Assembly: GCA_040388095.1 (NCBI GenBank)
Contig: JAZKCM010000001.1
Location: 74,620 to 123,819, forward strand
DNA from: Patescibacteria group bacterium
GTDB lineage: Bacteria; Patescibacteriota; Minisyncoccia; Phycocordibacterales; UBA9973
Direction of reading: 5' to 3'
Length of the DNA stretch: 49,200 nucleotides
Made by a program: the position numbers and the translations under genes. Position 1 is the stretch's first letter. Every line of letters begins with the position of its first letter. Shown here one piece after another: positions 7,334-16,843 of the stretch. The notes below the pieces were generated by a model, which saw nothing but the letters and a program-made list of their open reading frames with translations, did no database searches and was not told the DNA's origin.

Positions 7334-8710
7334 TTATAGACCTTGGAGAGGATCGATCTGGTTGATCTGGATATTCTTTGCAAAATTCATAACGCTTTTA
7401 CCATAAGAACAGCTCGTGCCTCCAGAACCATAATATTTACAAGCTGCCTTGATCTGCGCTGAATAACTCGTACCCGATGCACCGAGATCAGAAAGATATA
7501 TGGCTGAAGCCATAAATGCATCACGAGGATTCCAAGGATTTGGTGTAGAAATTCCTAGATTTGAAGCAATTCTTTTTTCAATCAATTTCCAAGTAGAAGC
7601 GATAAATTGTGCAGGGCCCATAGCACCTCCATAACCTTTTACTCCAGCAATTGGACAAGATACTACTGTCTTCAAAGGATCAAATCCGAGCTTGCCTGTG
7701 ATATCAAGGAAAGGTGCGACGTCACGTGTTGGTTTCATTAAGTTTGTCCAAGTCTTACCAGTACTAATATTGACGCCATATCCTGCTTGTGGACCATCGA
7801 TATTTGTCAGATAACATTTACCAACATTTGAACCCAAATTACTTTCTTGAGTTAAGATAGCGAGTAAAAATGCTGGGTCGATACCTGTCTTTGCTTTTGC
7901 TTCATTGGCATATTGAAGTGCTGTACCGAATTCTATTTTTTGTGAAATACCCGCAAGACTGAAAAGCGCACTACGGATTTTGTTTGCTCGAGCTTTTTTC
8001 TCATCGGCAAGTTTCTGGTAATCACTTTCTTTTTTCTTACTAATAGCCAAAAGTTCTTTTGTGTCTGATTCTGTCTTTGCTACTTTTTTCTGCGCATTTT
8101 CTAATTCTGATTTCGCATCAAGCTCTGCGTCCTGTTTTTTTTCAAGATCTTTTTTTTCTGTCTCAGTTTGAACTTTTATACCATTTATAGTTTCTACGGA
8201 AGCCTTGATTGATTGCTTGATTGAAGCGTATGAGTAAACATCACTATAAAAATCTGAAACACTCTTGTCTGAAAGGATCAAATGTACCAGATTTTCATTA
8301 TCAAATTCATTGGTATTACGTAAAAGCTGAGCGAGAGATTGATGTTCTTTTTTTATTTTTTCAGATAATGTTTCTATTTTATTTACTTTACTATTTATAG
8401 AAATTTTAAGCTGAGCGATTGCTAAGCCACGGGCCTTTATTTTTGCTTTAAGCGCATTGATTTGACTAGTCAAATAATCGATATCCCCTTTGAGAGTACC
8501 TGTTTGCTTTTGTTGTTGTTTTTGTTTTGCAATCAAGTCATTGAGCTGTGCTTCTATCTGAGAAAGTTCATTTTGACAAAATTGTTTTTGAATATCAGAA
8601 GAACTAGAAGTCAATGTTAAACAGTCAAAATCCGCTCGTGTATCTATAATACCAGCAAAAAAAGTAACTAACAGTATAAAAATAAAAAGTATGGGAAATT
8701 TCTTTACCAT
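7334..8710 (-). CDS. Secreted coiled-coil protein with a C-terminal lytic transglycosylase (SLT-like) domain
   Basis: Signal/TM MVKKFPILFIFILLVTFFAG, about 230 aa of heptad-rich coiled coil, then LLAILTQESNLG (catalytic Glu context) and MGPAQFIASTW. Confidence 0.7.
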   Translation of the reverse strand: MVKKFPILFIFILLVTFFAGIIDTRADFDCLTLTSSSSDIQKQFCQNELSQIEAQLNDLIAKQKQQQKQTGTLKGDIDYLTSQINALKAKIKARGLAIAQLKISINSKVNKIETLSEKIKKEHQSLAQLLRNTNEFDNENLVHLILSDKSVSDFYSDVYSYASIKQSIKASVETINGIKVQTETEKKDLEKKQDAELDAKSELENAQKKVAKTESDTKELLAISKKKESDYQKLADEKKARANKIRSALFSLAGISQKIEFGTALQYANEAKAKTGIDPAFLLAILTQESNLGSNVGKCYLTNIDGPQAGYGVNISTGKTWTNLMKPTRDVAPFLDITGKLGFDPLKTVVSCPIAGVKGYGGAMGPAQFIASTWKLIEKRIASNLGISTPNPWNPRDAFMASAIYLSDLGASGTSYSAQIKAACKYYGSGGTSCSYGKSVMNFAKNIQINQIDPLQGL

Positions 8711-8717
8711 ACTTTTT

Positions 8718-8726
8718 ATTATATCA
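8718..8726 (-). promoter_or_regulatory. Extended -10 (TGA-TATAAT) 7 nt upstream of the ATG at 8710
   Basis: Minus strand reads TGATATAAT-aaaaagt-ATG. Confidence 0.4.
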
Positions 8727-8738
8727 TATTTGATTATT

Positions 8739-9374
8739 TTATTCAGTAGCTGGAGCTTCCTCTTCTTTCTTTCCTTTCTTTTCTACTTCAATAGCAGAGA
8801 GGTCTACTGGTGCTGATTCTTCTACTTCTTCTTTTTGTAGAGCAATACTTGCGACGACTTCTTCAGAAGGAGTGATCATCGTAACGCCCTTTGGAAGAAC
8901 TATATCTGAAACGAGAATTTGACTATCAACTGTTTCTAATTTTGAAATATCTACCACAAGGTTGTGTGGAAGATCTTTTGGAAGCGCTTCAATTTCAACT
9001 TCGTGGAGAACTTTGACGAGTGTTCCAACACCACCTTTTACAGCAGCTGAAACACCTTCGAATTCGACAGGAACATTGACCTTGATTGCCTTATTGATGT
9101 CGATAACGAGGAAGTCAGCATGTATTGGTTCGTCTGTAATAGGATTAACCTGGACATCGTGAATAAGTGTATTGAGGTCACCATCAGGAGTTGATACTGT
9201 GACTGTAGAAGACTCTCCAGCATTGCGCCAGATCTTCTTGAATTCAACAGTTCCGACAGAAATAGGAGTGGATTCTTTGCCCATACCGTAGAAAACAGCT
9301 GGGATTTCGCCTGCTTTTCTGAGCATTTCTAAGTTTGCACTGATATCTCTCTTTTTAGCTTTGATTGTAAACAT
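8739..9374 (-). CDS. rplY: 50S ribosomal protein L25/Ctc
   Basis: N-terminus KAKKRDISANLEMLRKAGEIPAVFYG and an acidic C-terminal extension, typical of the L25/general stress protein Ctc family. Confidence 0.9.
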   Translation of the reverse strand: MFTIKAKKRDISANLEMLRKAGEIPAVFYGMGKESTPISVGTVEFKKIWRNAGESSTVTVSTPDGDLNTLIHDVQVNPITDEPIHADFLVIDINKAIKVNVPVEFEGVSAAVKGGVGTLVKVLHEVEIEALPKDLPHNLVVDISKLETVDSQILVSDIVLPKGVTMITPSEEVVASIALQKEEVEESAPVDLSAIEVEKKGKKEEEAPATE

Positions 9375-9381
9375 AAACCCT

Positions 9382-9387
9382 ATTATA
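9382..9387 (-). promoter_or_regulatory. -10 box TATAAT 7 nt upstream of the rplY ATG
   Basis: Minus strand reads TATAAT-agggttt-ATG. Confidence 0.35.
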
Positions 9388-9422
9388 TATAAAAATATAT
9401 AAATTGCAAGCTTTTGAAAGCT

Positions 9423-11150
9423 TTAAACACCGTGTTCAGGTTTTGGGTGTTCTATAGCAATATGATTAACCATATATTCCTTCGTACCGCCGACTTTTTT
9501 GCCCGGATTTAAGATATTTTTTGGATCAAAGATATTTTTGGTTTGTTTAAATAAGTCGTAGATTTTTGCGCCATACATCTTTTCTAAATATGGCGTACGG
9601 ATGATGCCGTCATTATGTTCAGCTGTGATCGAACCTCCGTATCGCAGGACAAGGTCGTAGACTTTCTCCCCTAATTCTAAAATAATTTTTGCTGTATCAG
9701 TACGAGAGAAATCCATCAGTGGAATAATATGAAAATTCCCATCCCCTGCATGCCCTGCTATTGTATAAGCGATATCGTATGTATCTAAAATAGCACTAAG
9801 TTCGGGAATAAATTTCGGTAAGAATTCCGGACGTACAATGATGTCGTCAATGAATGGTGCAGTGCGCTTGCCTGAAACGTGCTTACGGAGGAGATTGAAA
9901 CTTTCTCTCCTTATATCCCAATATTTATCTGATTCAGCTTGTGAAGTCGTGATATGAGTTCGTATATTAAAATGTTTTATTTTTTCTTTCAATTCTCTAC
10001 ATTGTCTGTCTGCATCTGCATCATCAATACCTGCAAATTCAGCAAGCAAGATTAATTTTGGAAATCCACCAACGATCATCATCTTGAGCTCGGGCAAGAA
10101 ACTCCACATAAATCGCATCATCCCGAAGAATCCTTTATTTTTGAAAAAGTCTGGAAAGAATTTGACTGCGAGTTTCATCGTCTTGTCATCATATGTTTCC
10201 AAAGTCTCTGGGTTTGTCTTTACTATTTCAGCGACCAAGCCTCCCAAGATACTCAGGTCATTCATAAATATCGCTACGAGCTTGGAATATTTCTGCACAG
10301 GCACGAGCTTGAACGTGATCTCTGTCGCTATACCAAGTGTACCTTGTGAACCGACGAGTAATTTATTTAGATCAAAATATCCAGTTTCGCCTGCATACTT
10401 TTGCGAATGGTCTGGCTGACTTCCTCCGAGGACCTGAGCAGAAGCATCAGGCGAAGAATTATTAATCAAATTCCAAAGATAATATCCCGCAGAATTTTTA
10501 CTGACTTTCGGCTTTGCTAGAACAATTTCATTTTCATTATTTTTTATTAATTCAAATACTTTTTTAGAATATTGATCTTGATTTGAAATTTCATTTACTG
10601 AAACTGGTTTAATGGTTCTTTCTACTCCATCTGCAAAAACAACTTTTGATTTGACGACATAATCTTCCGTCTTTCCATATTTCAATGTTTTTTCTCCGGC
10701 AGAATTATTGCCAAACATACCACCCATTGCATTCAAGCTTTTCGATGCGGTATAACAAGGCAATATTAAATCTTTCTCTAAAGTTAACTTTTCAAAATCT
10801 CGATAAAACATCCCAGGCTGGACTGTAACTTGCCCTGAGCTTGTCGAAGGGTCTACATTAAAACTGACCAACTTGTTCATATATTTCGTGAAATCCAAAA
10901 TGATCGACTCGCTTATCGCCCCGCCAGACATATCAGTGCCAGCACAGCGTGCGGTAATAGAAAGCTCAGGATATTTTTCTTTATTGTCACTGACCCACTT
11001 CACTATATTTTGTACATCTTCTGAGTTTTTGGGAAATACAACAACTTTCGGGCGCAGTTCGAAAATACTGGCATCGTGCGAATATTTCGAAAGTATTTCA
11101 TCACTATCTTCCACCTCCCCTTTTATTATTTTTTGTAGTTCTTCTTTCAT
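9423..11150 (-). CDS. FAD-binding oxidoreductase (GlcD / D-lactate dehydrogenase-like, PCMH fold)
   Basis: 575 aa. FAD-binding N-terminal region (VVFPKNSEDVQNIVKW...ARCAGTDMSGG) and FAD-oxidase C-terminal signature ITAEHNDG...FDPKNILNPGKK. Confidence 0.8.
   Translation of the reverse strand: MKEELQKIIKGEVEDSDEILSKYSHDASIFELRPKVVVFPKNSEDVQNIVKWVSDNKEKYPELSITARCAGTDMSGGAISESIILDFTKYMNKLVSFNVDPSTSSGQVTVQPGMFYRDFEKLTLEKDLILPCYTASKSLNAMGGMFGNNSAGEKTLKYGKTEDYVVKSKVVFADGVERTIKPVSVNEISNQDQYSKKVFELIKNNENEIVLAKPKVSKNSAGYYLWNLINNSSPDASAQVLGGSQPDHSQKYAGETGYFDLNKLLVGSQGTLGIATEITFKLVPVQKYSKLVAIFMNDLSILGGLVAEIVKTNPETLETYDDKTMKLAVKFFPDFFKNKGFFGMMRFMWSFLPELKMMIVGGFPKLILLAEFAGIDDADADRQCRELKEKIKHFNIRTHITTSQAESDKYWDIRRESFNLLRKHVSGKRTAPFIDDIIVRPEFLPKFIPELSAILDTYDIAYTIAGHAGDGNFHIIPLMDFSRTDTAKIILELGEKVYDLVLRYGGSITAEHNDGIIRTPYLEKMYGAKIYDLFKQTKNIFDPKNILNPGKKVGGTKEYMVNHIAIEHPKPEHGV
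10832..10852 (-). repeat. GC-rich 21-mer gccctgagcttgtcgaagggt, copy 2, in frame inside the FAD oxidoreductase gene (peptide PSTSSG)
   Basis: Exact identity with 486..506, same strand and same reading frame. Confidence 0.8.
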
Positions 11151-11151
11151 A

Positions 11152-11484
11152 TTATTCCCAAAAGATTAGTGCGAGTGATAATGCGCCCAAGATCATACCA
11201 ATGATTTGTATTTTGTTTGTTGATTCGTCATAAAAAAACACACCGACTATTACTGCTGCAATAGCAGAACCAACAGAAAAAATAATAGCTCCCCGAGCAA
11301 GCCCTGAGCCACTTTTGATTCCCCAAAGCCAGAAAATATTTGCCACAATATAACCCAAAAGTGCCCCAGCCCATAAATACCAATGTCCTTTTAATGAATA
11401 TTCTTTGGAAAAAATATCTGCAATTACTTCAAATATTATCAAAAGTGAGATTGGTAGTATCCAGAGCATATTACTGCATTCCAT
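11152..11484 (-). CDS. Small 4-TM transporter, SMR/EamA-like (ArnE/EmrE-like)
   Basis: 110 aa with four hydrophobic helices. The true start may be the ATG at 11469 (MLWILPISL...). Confidence 0.55.
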   Translation of the reverse strand: MECSNMLWILPISLLIIFEVIADIFSKEYSLKGHWYLWAGALLGYIVANIFWLWGIKSGSGLARGAIIFSVGSAIAAVIVGVFFYDESTNKIQIIGMILGALSLALIFWE

Positions 11485-12337
11485 TAAATAATTTTAATCG
11501 TGATTCTACGACAGCTTCGATAGCATCGACTGCAGGTTGTAGAATTTTTGCAGGAGTTATCTCTGTAGGATTTTCTGAAATTGTTTTTTCAACTGCTTCT
11601 TTGAAAGCTAAGCGGATTTCACTATTGATATGCACTATCGAGATACCTGCTTTGATCGCATTAGTAAAATCTTCATCGCGTAATCCTGAACCACCATGAA
11701 GAACTAATGGAACTCCTGTGATATTTTTAATTTCTGCGACAAGTTCGGCATTGATATGTGGCTTACCACTTTTGATAAGTCCATGTATAGACCCAACAGA
11801 TGGAGCAAATAAATCGATACCAGTCATCTCAACAAATTTCTTCGCATCTTCTGGAGTTGTCAAAACCCCAGCACCTTCCGGAATACTTTCTCTAACAATT
11901 GAACCTGAACCAATAAAACCAAGCTCTGCTTCAACTAAAATATCACGTCCAGTATTTTTTGAAACTTCACGAGCATAATCTACGCATTGCTTTGTAAGTG
12001 CTACATTTTCTTCAAATGGTAGCTTTGCTGCATCGATGATAACCATATCGAAACCTACATCGATGCATTTCTTTACTGATTCAAAACTCGCGTGATGGTC
12101 AGCATTTAAAAATATCGGATAATTATCACGAATACAAATTTCATTTACTAATGCATAGACTTCTTCAAGCCCTGCAAACTTCTCTTCCCCTTCTGATACT
12201 CCGATGATAACTGGTAAATTTAATTTCTTTGCTGCCGTATAAATACCATGCAAAGCTTCTAAGTTTGAAATATTAAAATGGCCAATGGCAATATGCTTTT
12301 CTTCTGCTTCTTTTATATATTCGCGTAATGATTTCAT
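11471..12337 (-). CDS. fba: Class II fructose/tagatose-bisphosphate aldolase
   Basis: 288 aa. GHFNISNLE, LNADHH and LVLHGGSG motifs. Confidence 0.88.
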   Translation of the reverse strand: MKSLREYIKEAEEKHIAIGHFNISNLEALHGIYTAAKKLNLPVIIGVSEGEEKFAGLEEVYALVNEICIRDNYPIFLNADHHASFESVKKCIDVGFDMVIIDAAKLPFEENVALTKQCVDYAREVSKNTGRDILVEAELGFIGSGSIVRESIPEGAGVLTTPEDAKKFVEMTGIDLFAPSVGSIHGLIKSGKPHINAELVAEIKNITGVPLVLHGGSGLRDEDFTNAIKAGISIVHINSEIRLAFKEAVEKTISENPTEITPAKILQPAVDAIEAVVESRLKLFNGMQ

Positions 12338-12341
12338 TACT

Positions 12342-13799
12342 CTATTTTAACAAATCTATCAATAATTGCTTTGCGACTTGGGGATTCGCACTTCCTTTTG
12401 TCTCTTTCATCATTTGGCCAACCAGTGACATGAGTGCAGCTTCTTTGCCAGCTTTGTAGTCCGCCACGACTTTTTCATTCGCGTCGATTATTTTTTCGGC
12501 GATTTCTGTGAGGGCGCCTGTATCATTTTTCTGGAGAAGATCTTTTTCTGTAGCAATTTTCATCGGTGAACCTCCTTCATTTACAATAATAGCTAAAAGG
12601 TCTTTTGCTACACGTGAAGTAATTTTATTTTCAAAAATCATATTTATTAATTCAGTAAAACTGATAGTACTATTTGATTTAAAAAGTTCTTTATTTTTCA
12701 AACCCTGTAAATCAGAAGTTAGATAGTTCGAAGCTATTTTAATTTTTTCCTTATTAAATTCTAAGTCCTTACAGACAGTTTCAAAGAATATTCCTAAAAT
12801 AGGATCGTTAATATACATTTCTATATCTTCATCTTTCAAACTAAAATCATTCTTATATCTCGCACGTTTTTGTGCTGGGGTTTCAGGTAGATTTTTCTTC
12901 ATTTCATCGAGATCAAATGCTTCATGAAGCTTCATCTTTGGTAGATCAGGATCTGGGAAATAACGGTAATCCTGGCTTGATTCTTTTTTTCTCTGAGAAA
13001 TAGTTTTTTGTTTTGTTTCATCCCATCCACGAGTTTCTTTTACGATTTCACTTTCCTTCCCTTCTTCGAAAAGCTCTATCATCCGCTCTACTTCATATTT
13101 AATAGCTTTCTCGACACTTTTAAAAGAGTTTAAGTTTTTTACTTCTACATATGCAGTCCATTTTTTATCTTTATCGGGAGAAATAGAAACATTGGCTTCT
13201 ACGCGCATCTCACCTTTTTCCATATTCGCTTCTGAAACACCGAGATACCAAAGAAGAAGCTGATATTCTTTTGCAAAGACGCTCGCTGCCTTTGCTGCAT
13301 CTTCAGGGTTCTCAAATGTATGCGCTTCGGTGACGAGCTCCATGAGCGGAACGCCTGCACGATTGTAATCCACGAGAGAAAAACCTGCACTGAGCATAGT
13401 CGAAGTGTCGCCTTCCATATGCTTTGATGTTGCGGTATCTTCTTCCAAATGAATACGAGTGATATCTAGACCTGAGAGATGACCACCAGAGACTATTGGA
13501 TATTTATACTGCGAGATCTGGTACCCTTTTGGAATATCAGGGTAAAAATAGTTCTTTCTATCGAATTCTGAAAAGTCTGCAATGTCAGCGCCAATAGCGA
13601 GACCAACTATTATCACATTCTCAATTGCCTTTTTATTTGCAACAGGCAAAGTTCCTGGATGCGCCATGCATACAGGACAAATGTTTACGTTAGGATTTTC
13701 TTCATCAGGATCATTCTTGCAACTGCAGAACATTTTTGTATTTGTCTTCAGTTCTGCGTGTATTTCAAGTCCAATCGTCGTGTAATATTTTTTCTCCAT
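12342..13799 (-). CDS. gatB: Asp/Glu-tRNA amidotransferase subunit B
   Basis: YTTIGLEIHAELKTNTKMFCSC, HLEED, VDYNRAGVPLMELV and a C-terminal YqeY-like domain. Confidence 0.95.
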   Translation of the reverse strand: MEKKYYTTIGLEIHAELKTNTKMFCSCKNDPDEENPNVNICPVCMAHPGTLPVANKKAIENVIIVGLAIGADIADFSEFDRKNYFYPDIPKGYQISQYKYPIVSGGHLSGLDITRIHLEEDTATSKHMEGDTSTMLSAGFSLVDYNRAGVPLMELVTEAHTFENPEDAAKAASVFAKEYQLLLWYLGVSEANMEKGEMRVEANVSISPDKDKKWTAYVEVKNLNSFKSVEKAIKYEVERMIELFEEGKESEIVKETRGWDETKQKTISQRKKESSQDYRYFPDPDLPKMKLHEAFDLDEMKKNLPETPAQKRARYKNDFSLKDEDIEMYINDPILGIFFETVCKDLEFNKEKIKIASNYLTSDLQGLKNKELFKSNSTISFTELINMIFENKITSRVAKDLLAIIVNEGGSPMKIATEKDLLQKNDTGALTEIAEKIIDANEKVVADYKAGKEAALMSLVGQMMKETKGSANPQVAKQLLIDLLK

Positions 13800-13816
13800 A
13801 ATCTAAAAATTATAAT

Positions 13817-14806
13817 TTATTTCTTTAAAATTTTCACCAATGCATCTCGGAATTCTTTTACAGATTCATCGTTGAAAAGAGACAAGACAAAAACTTTCTT
13901 ACCGAGTTTTTCAAAATCTTTTAACATTTTTGCAATTAGTTTTTCTTCTTCTACGACATCAGTCTTTGTAAGAATAATTATTTCATCTTTGGAAGAAAGA
14001 CCGTCTTCAAGACCACTTTTCTTATCATAATTTTCAAGCTCTTTGCGAATCTCTTTATATGTTTTCATCATATTCGCATTCTCAAAAGACACGAGGTGTG
14101 CGATCATTTTCGTACGTTTGATATGTTTCAAAAATTTTACACCAAGGCCTTTGCCTTCTGATGCGCCTTCAATGATTCCTGGAATGTCAGCAATAATGTA
14201 GCCATAGAATTCTCCCAAGTTTGGATCAAGTGTGGTAAAAGCATAATCACCTACTTTTGCATCAGCATTGGTGATGGCGTTGAGCAAGCTCGATTTACCA
14301 GCATTCGGCAAGCCGACAAGCCCGATATCTGCAAAGAGCTCAAGCTCGATAGTAAAATCTCCTTCTTCGTACTCTTGTCCTGGACGCCAATCTTTCGGTG
14401 TCGTATTTATAGAACTTTTAAAATGTTCATTACCATATCCACCACGGCCACCATGGAGCAACATTTCTTTTTGTCCTTCTTCGAGCAATGTCCATTTCTG
14501 ACCAGTTGCTACATTTGTGACAACAGAGCCTATCGGCAGGTCGAGAACAAAGTCCTCGCCATTCTTGCCATGCAAACTTTTACTTCCACCATCTTCACCT
14601 TTTTCTGCTTCAAAATGTTTCTTTGCTTTGTATTTCGCGAGAATATGCACATCACGCACTGCTTGTATGAAAAAATCCCCGCCACGGCCACCATCGCCTC
14701 CTGCAGGCCCACCTTTGGCTATGAATTTCTCCTGACGCCAGCGAACAACGCCATTTCCTCCTTGGCCTGATTTCGCATGTATTCTGATTTCATCTATAAA
14801 TGCCAT
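13817..14806 (-). CDS. obg: GTPase Obg/CgtA (no C-terminal extension)
   Basis: Obg fold N-terminus FIDEIRIHAKSGQGGNGVVRWRQEKF...GGDGGRGG. G-domain motifs GLPNAGKSSLL and DIPG. Confidence 0.93.
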   Translation of the reverse strand: MAFIDEIRIHAKSGQGGNGVVRWRQEKFIAKGGPAGGDGGRGGDFFIQAVRDVHILAKYKAKKHFEAEKGEDGGSKSLHGKNGEDFVLDLPIGSVVTNVATGQKWTLLEEGQKEMLLHGGRGGYGNEHFKSSINTTPKDWRPGQEYEEGDFTIELELFADIGLVGLPNAGKSSLLNAITNADAKVGDYAFTTLDPNLGEFYGYIIADIPGIIEGASEGKGLGVKFLKHIKRTKMIAHLVSFENANMMKTYKEIRKELENYDKKSGLEDGLSSKDEIIILTKTDVVEEEKLIAKMLKDFEKLGKKVFVLSLFNDESVKEFRDALVKILKK

Positions 14807-14829
14807 ATATGTGTAGTATACGCTAAAAA

Positions 14830-15759
14830 CTAATTATTTTCTAATGCGAGCTGTGCTAGCTTCATTGCTCCTTCTTTTGAAGTTACTGTCATTAAAAAAC
14901 CACTGCGATGACAGAAAAGGGCATCATTTACTCCTGTGGTTTCAGCGAGCTTTGAACTATCATCAAAACACTCTCGCCAATTTTGTGGAAATAATTTTCT
15001 ACTTTCCATAGTCCCATGAGATTTGCGTATTGCTTCAATTTTCCAATTATCTTTTTTGCTACTCGGATAAATAACATATATTGGTTCTGAAAATTCACAT
15101 AACTTACTTTGATATAAATATCGAGGATACGAAGTTTCCAATACTATAATCTGTTTATTCTCTGATTCAGAATAAGCACTTTCAATTAATTTTTTACCTA
15201 AAACATCAGCAGTTGCGACTTCAATTTCACGTTTAATAATTTTAGTAAGATTTAAAACTAAACCGCGAAATATATCATCAATATTTGATTCATCTTCTTG
15301 CCATGTTGGAGAAAAAATAAGAAAAGGTTGATCTCCCCCATAAGGCACAATACCTTCAAATTTTGAACTAATAATATCAATACCGTTATCAATCGCATCA
15401 ATTGGTGAAGCTATTTTTGAATCTATCATATTCCATACATCTTGATTATCAGAGCATAATTCCATACCAACATGTTTCCAAACAAGACCAAAAGATGCGT
15501 ATTCAATACCATTTTCTCTTTTGCCTGCTCCGCCAGGCTGATGATGATCAAATCTATTTTTTTCTGGATCATAAATACCTCCAACATCAAAAACATAATC
15601 AGCTGATTCTATTATTCCTTTATCACGACTACGGATTATTTCAAACTGTTGTTTTCTTTTTTCTAACAATAAAGACAAAGTTGCACAAGCAAAAAGATCA
15701 TCAGAATGAAAAGATGAATTATGTGTAACTAATATTTTTTTATCTTCTTTATTTTCCAT
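14830..15759 (-). CDS. MYG1/UPF0160-family metal-dependent hydrolase
   Basis: ILVTHNSSFHSDDLFACA...FDHHQ motifs. Start chosen at MENKEDKK, after the upstream gene stop. Confidence 0.78.
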   Translation of the reverse strand: MENKEDKKILVTHNSSFHSDDLFACATLSLLLEKRKQQFEIIRSRDKGIIESADYVFDVGGIYDPEKNRFDHHQPGGAGKRENGIEYASFGLVWKHVGMELCSDNQDVWNMIDSKIASPIDAIDNGIDIISSKFEGIVPYGGDQPFLIFSPTWQEDESNIDDIFRGLVLNLTKIIKREIEVATADVLGKKLIESAYSESENKQIIVLETSYPRYLYQSKLCEFSEPIYVIYPSSKKDNWKIEAIRKSHGTMESRKLFPQNWRECFDDSSKLAETTGVNDALFCHRSGFLMTVTSKEGAMKLAQLALENN

Positions 15760-16354
15760 TATCATAAAATTCTTCAAAAAGGCTAAACACGAAACCGACA
15801 AGCTTATCAAAAATAATAAAACCGATTATTAAAAGTAAAACAGTTAATAAAAATCTCCATATTTCGTGACTAATATTGAGAGCAGTATAACTGAAAAAGT
15901 ATCCTAAAGAAAGCAAAAGTGGTGCCCAAATGATCGTAGAAGAAAATTCTGCTTTTAAATATTTCTTCAATGGAATCTTCTCATAACCAGAAAAAATAAT
16001 GACGACGTGATTGACACCAACAATGAATTTAGAAATAAAAATAGACCAAAAAGGTTTAGTTTTAAATCTTGGCATAAATGTAAAAACTTTTCTCTCAATG
16101 TGCTTCAGAAATTTTGTATGTTTCCATTTATTACTTAAAACACGTCCAATATAATATCCTAAAAATGTCTTACATACTCCTCCACAGAAAATAAAGATTA
16201 AAGCAAACCAGAAATTTACGGCACCAAGATGAGCGAGGACTCCTGTCGCTATCAATGTAAACTCACCTTCGATAATTAAACCAAGAAATATGACAGCATA
16301 AGCAAAGACCTGATGATGTTCGATTAATTTCGTTAGAAAATTAACTGTATGCAT
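15749..16354 (-). CDS. DedA-family (VTT domain) membrane protein
   Basis: 201 aa. YAVIFLGLIIEGEFTLIATGVLAHLG is typical of DedA. Confidence 0.82.
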   Translation of the reverse strand: MHTVNFLTKLIEHHQVFAYAVIFLGLIIEGEFTLIATGVLAHLGAVNFWFALIFIFCGGVCKTFLGYYIGRVLSNKWKHTKFLKHIERKVFTFMPRFKTKPFWSIFISKFIVGVNHVVIIFSGYEKIPLKKYLKAEFSSTIIWAPLLLSLGYFFSYTALNISHEIWRFLLTVLLLIIGFIIFDKLVGFVFSLFEEFYDNGK

Positions 16355-16357
16355 AAT

Positions 16358-16807
16358 TTAGAAGAGCATATCGACTACTTCTTTGACTAAAGCTCCGTCA
16401 GCCTTACCTTTGAGGTCTTTCATAACATTTGCCATAAACATTCCCTTTTTAGTTTTATCTATTTCACCCGTTTCTGCGATTTTTGTTTTAACAACAACTT
16501 CAACTTCAGCGCGTGACATAAGTGTCGGGAGATATGTTTCAAGAATTGCGAGTTGAGCTGATTCTTCGGCGACAAGGTCTTCCCTACCACCTTTTTTGAA
16601 TTGCTCAATTGAATCCTTTCTCTGTTTTGCGAGGCGTGTAATAACTGCAATGACTTCTTCATCAGATAATACATCTTGCGGTTTCTTACCTTTTGAGACG
16701 AGCTCATTAGTAAAAGCTGAAGACATTGCTCGTAATGTCTCAAGTCGTACACTATCTTTCGCCATCATTGCGTCTTTAATACTGCTTTTTATATTTTCTT
16801 GAAGCAT
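16358..16807 (-). CDS. GatB/YqeY domain-containing protein
   Basis: 149 aa. IKDAMMAKDSVRLETLRAMSSAF... shows the YqeY pattern. Confidence 0.85.
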   Translation of the reverse strand: MLQENIKSSIKDAMMAKDSVRLETLRAMSSAFTNELVSKGKKPQDVLSDEEVIAVITRLAKQRKDSIEQFKKGGREDLVAEESAQLAILETYLPTLMSRAEVEVVVKTKIAETGEIDKTKKGMFMANVMKDLKGKADGALVKEVVDMLF

Positions 16808-16813
16808 AGGTTG

Positions 16814-16822
16814 ATTATAGCA
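16814..16822 (-). promoter_or_regulatory. Extended -10 (TGC-TATAAT) 6 nt upstream of the yqeY-like ATG
   Basis: Minus strand reads TGCTATAAT-caacct-ATG. Confidence 0.45.
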
Positions 16823-16828
16823 AAAATG

Positions 16829-16837
16829 TGTTAAAAT
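16829..16837 (+). promoter_or_regulatory. Extended -10 (TGT-TAAAAT) 6 nt upstream of the exonuclease ATG
   Basis: TGTTAAAAT-agcact-ATG, back to back with the element at 16814..16822 in a 36-bp spacer. Confidence 0.45.
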
Positions 16838-16843
16838 AGCACT

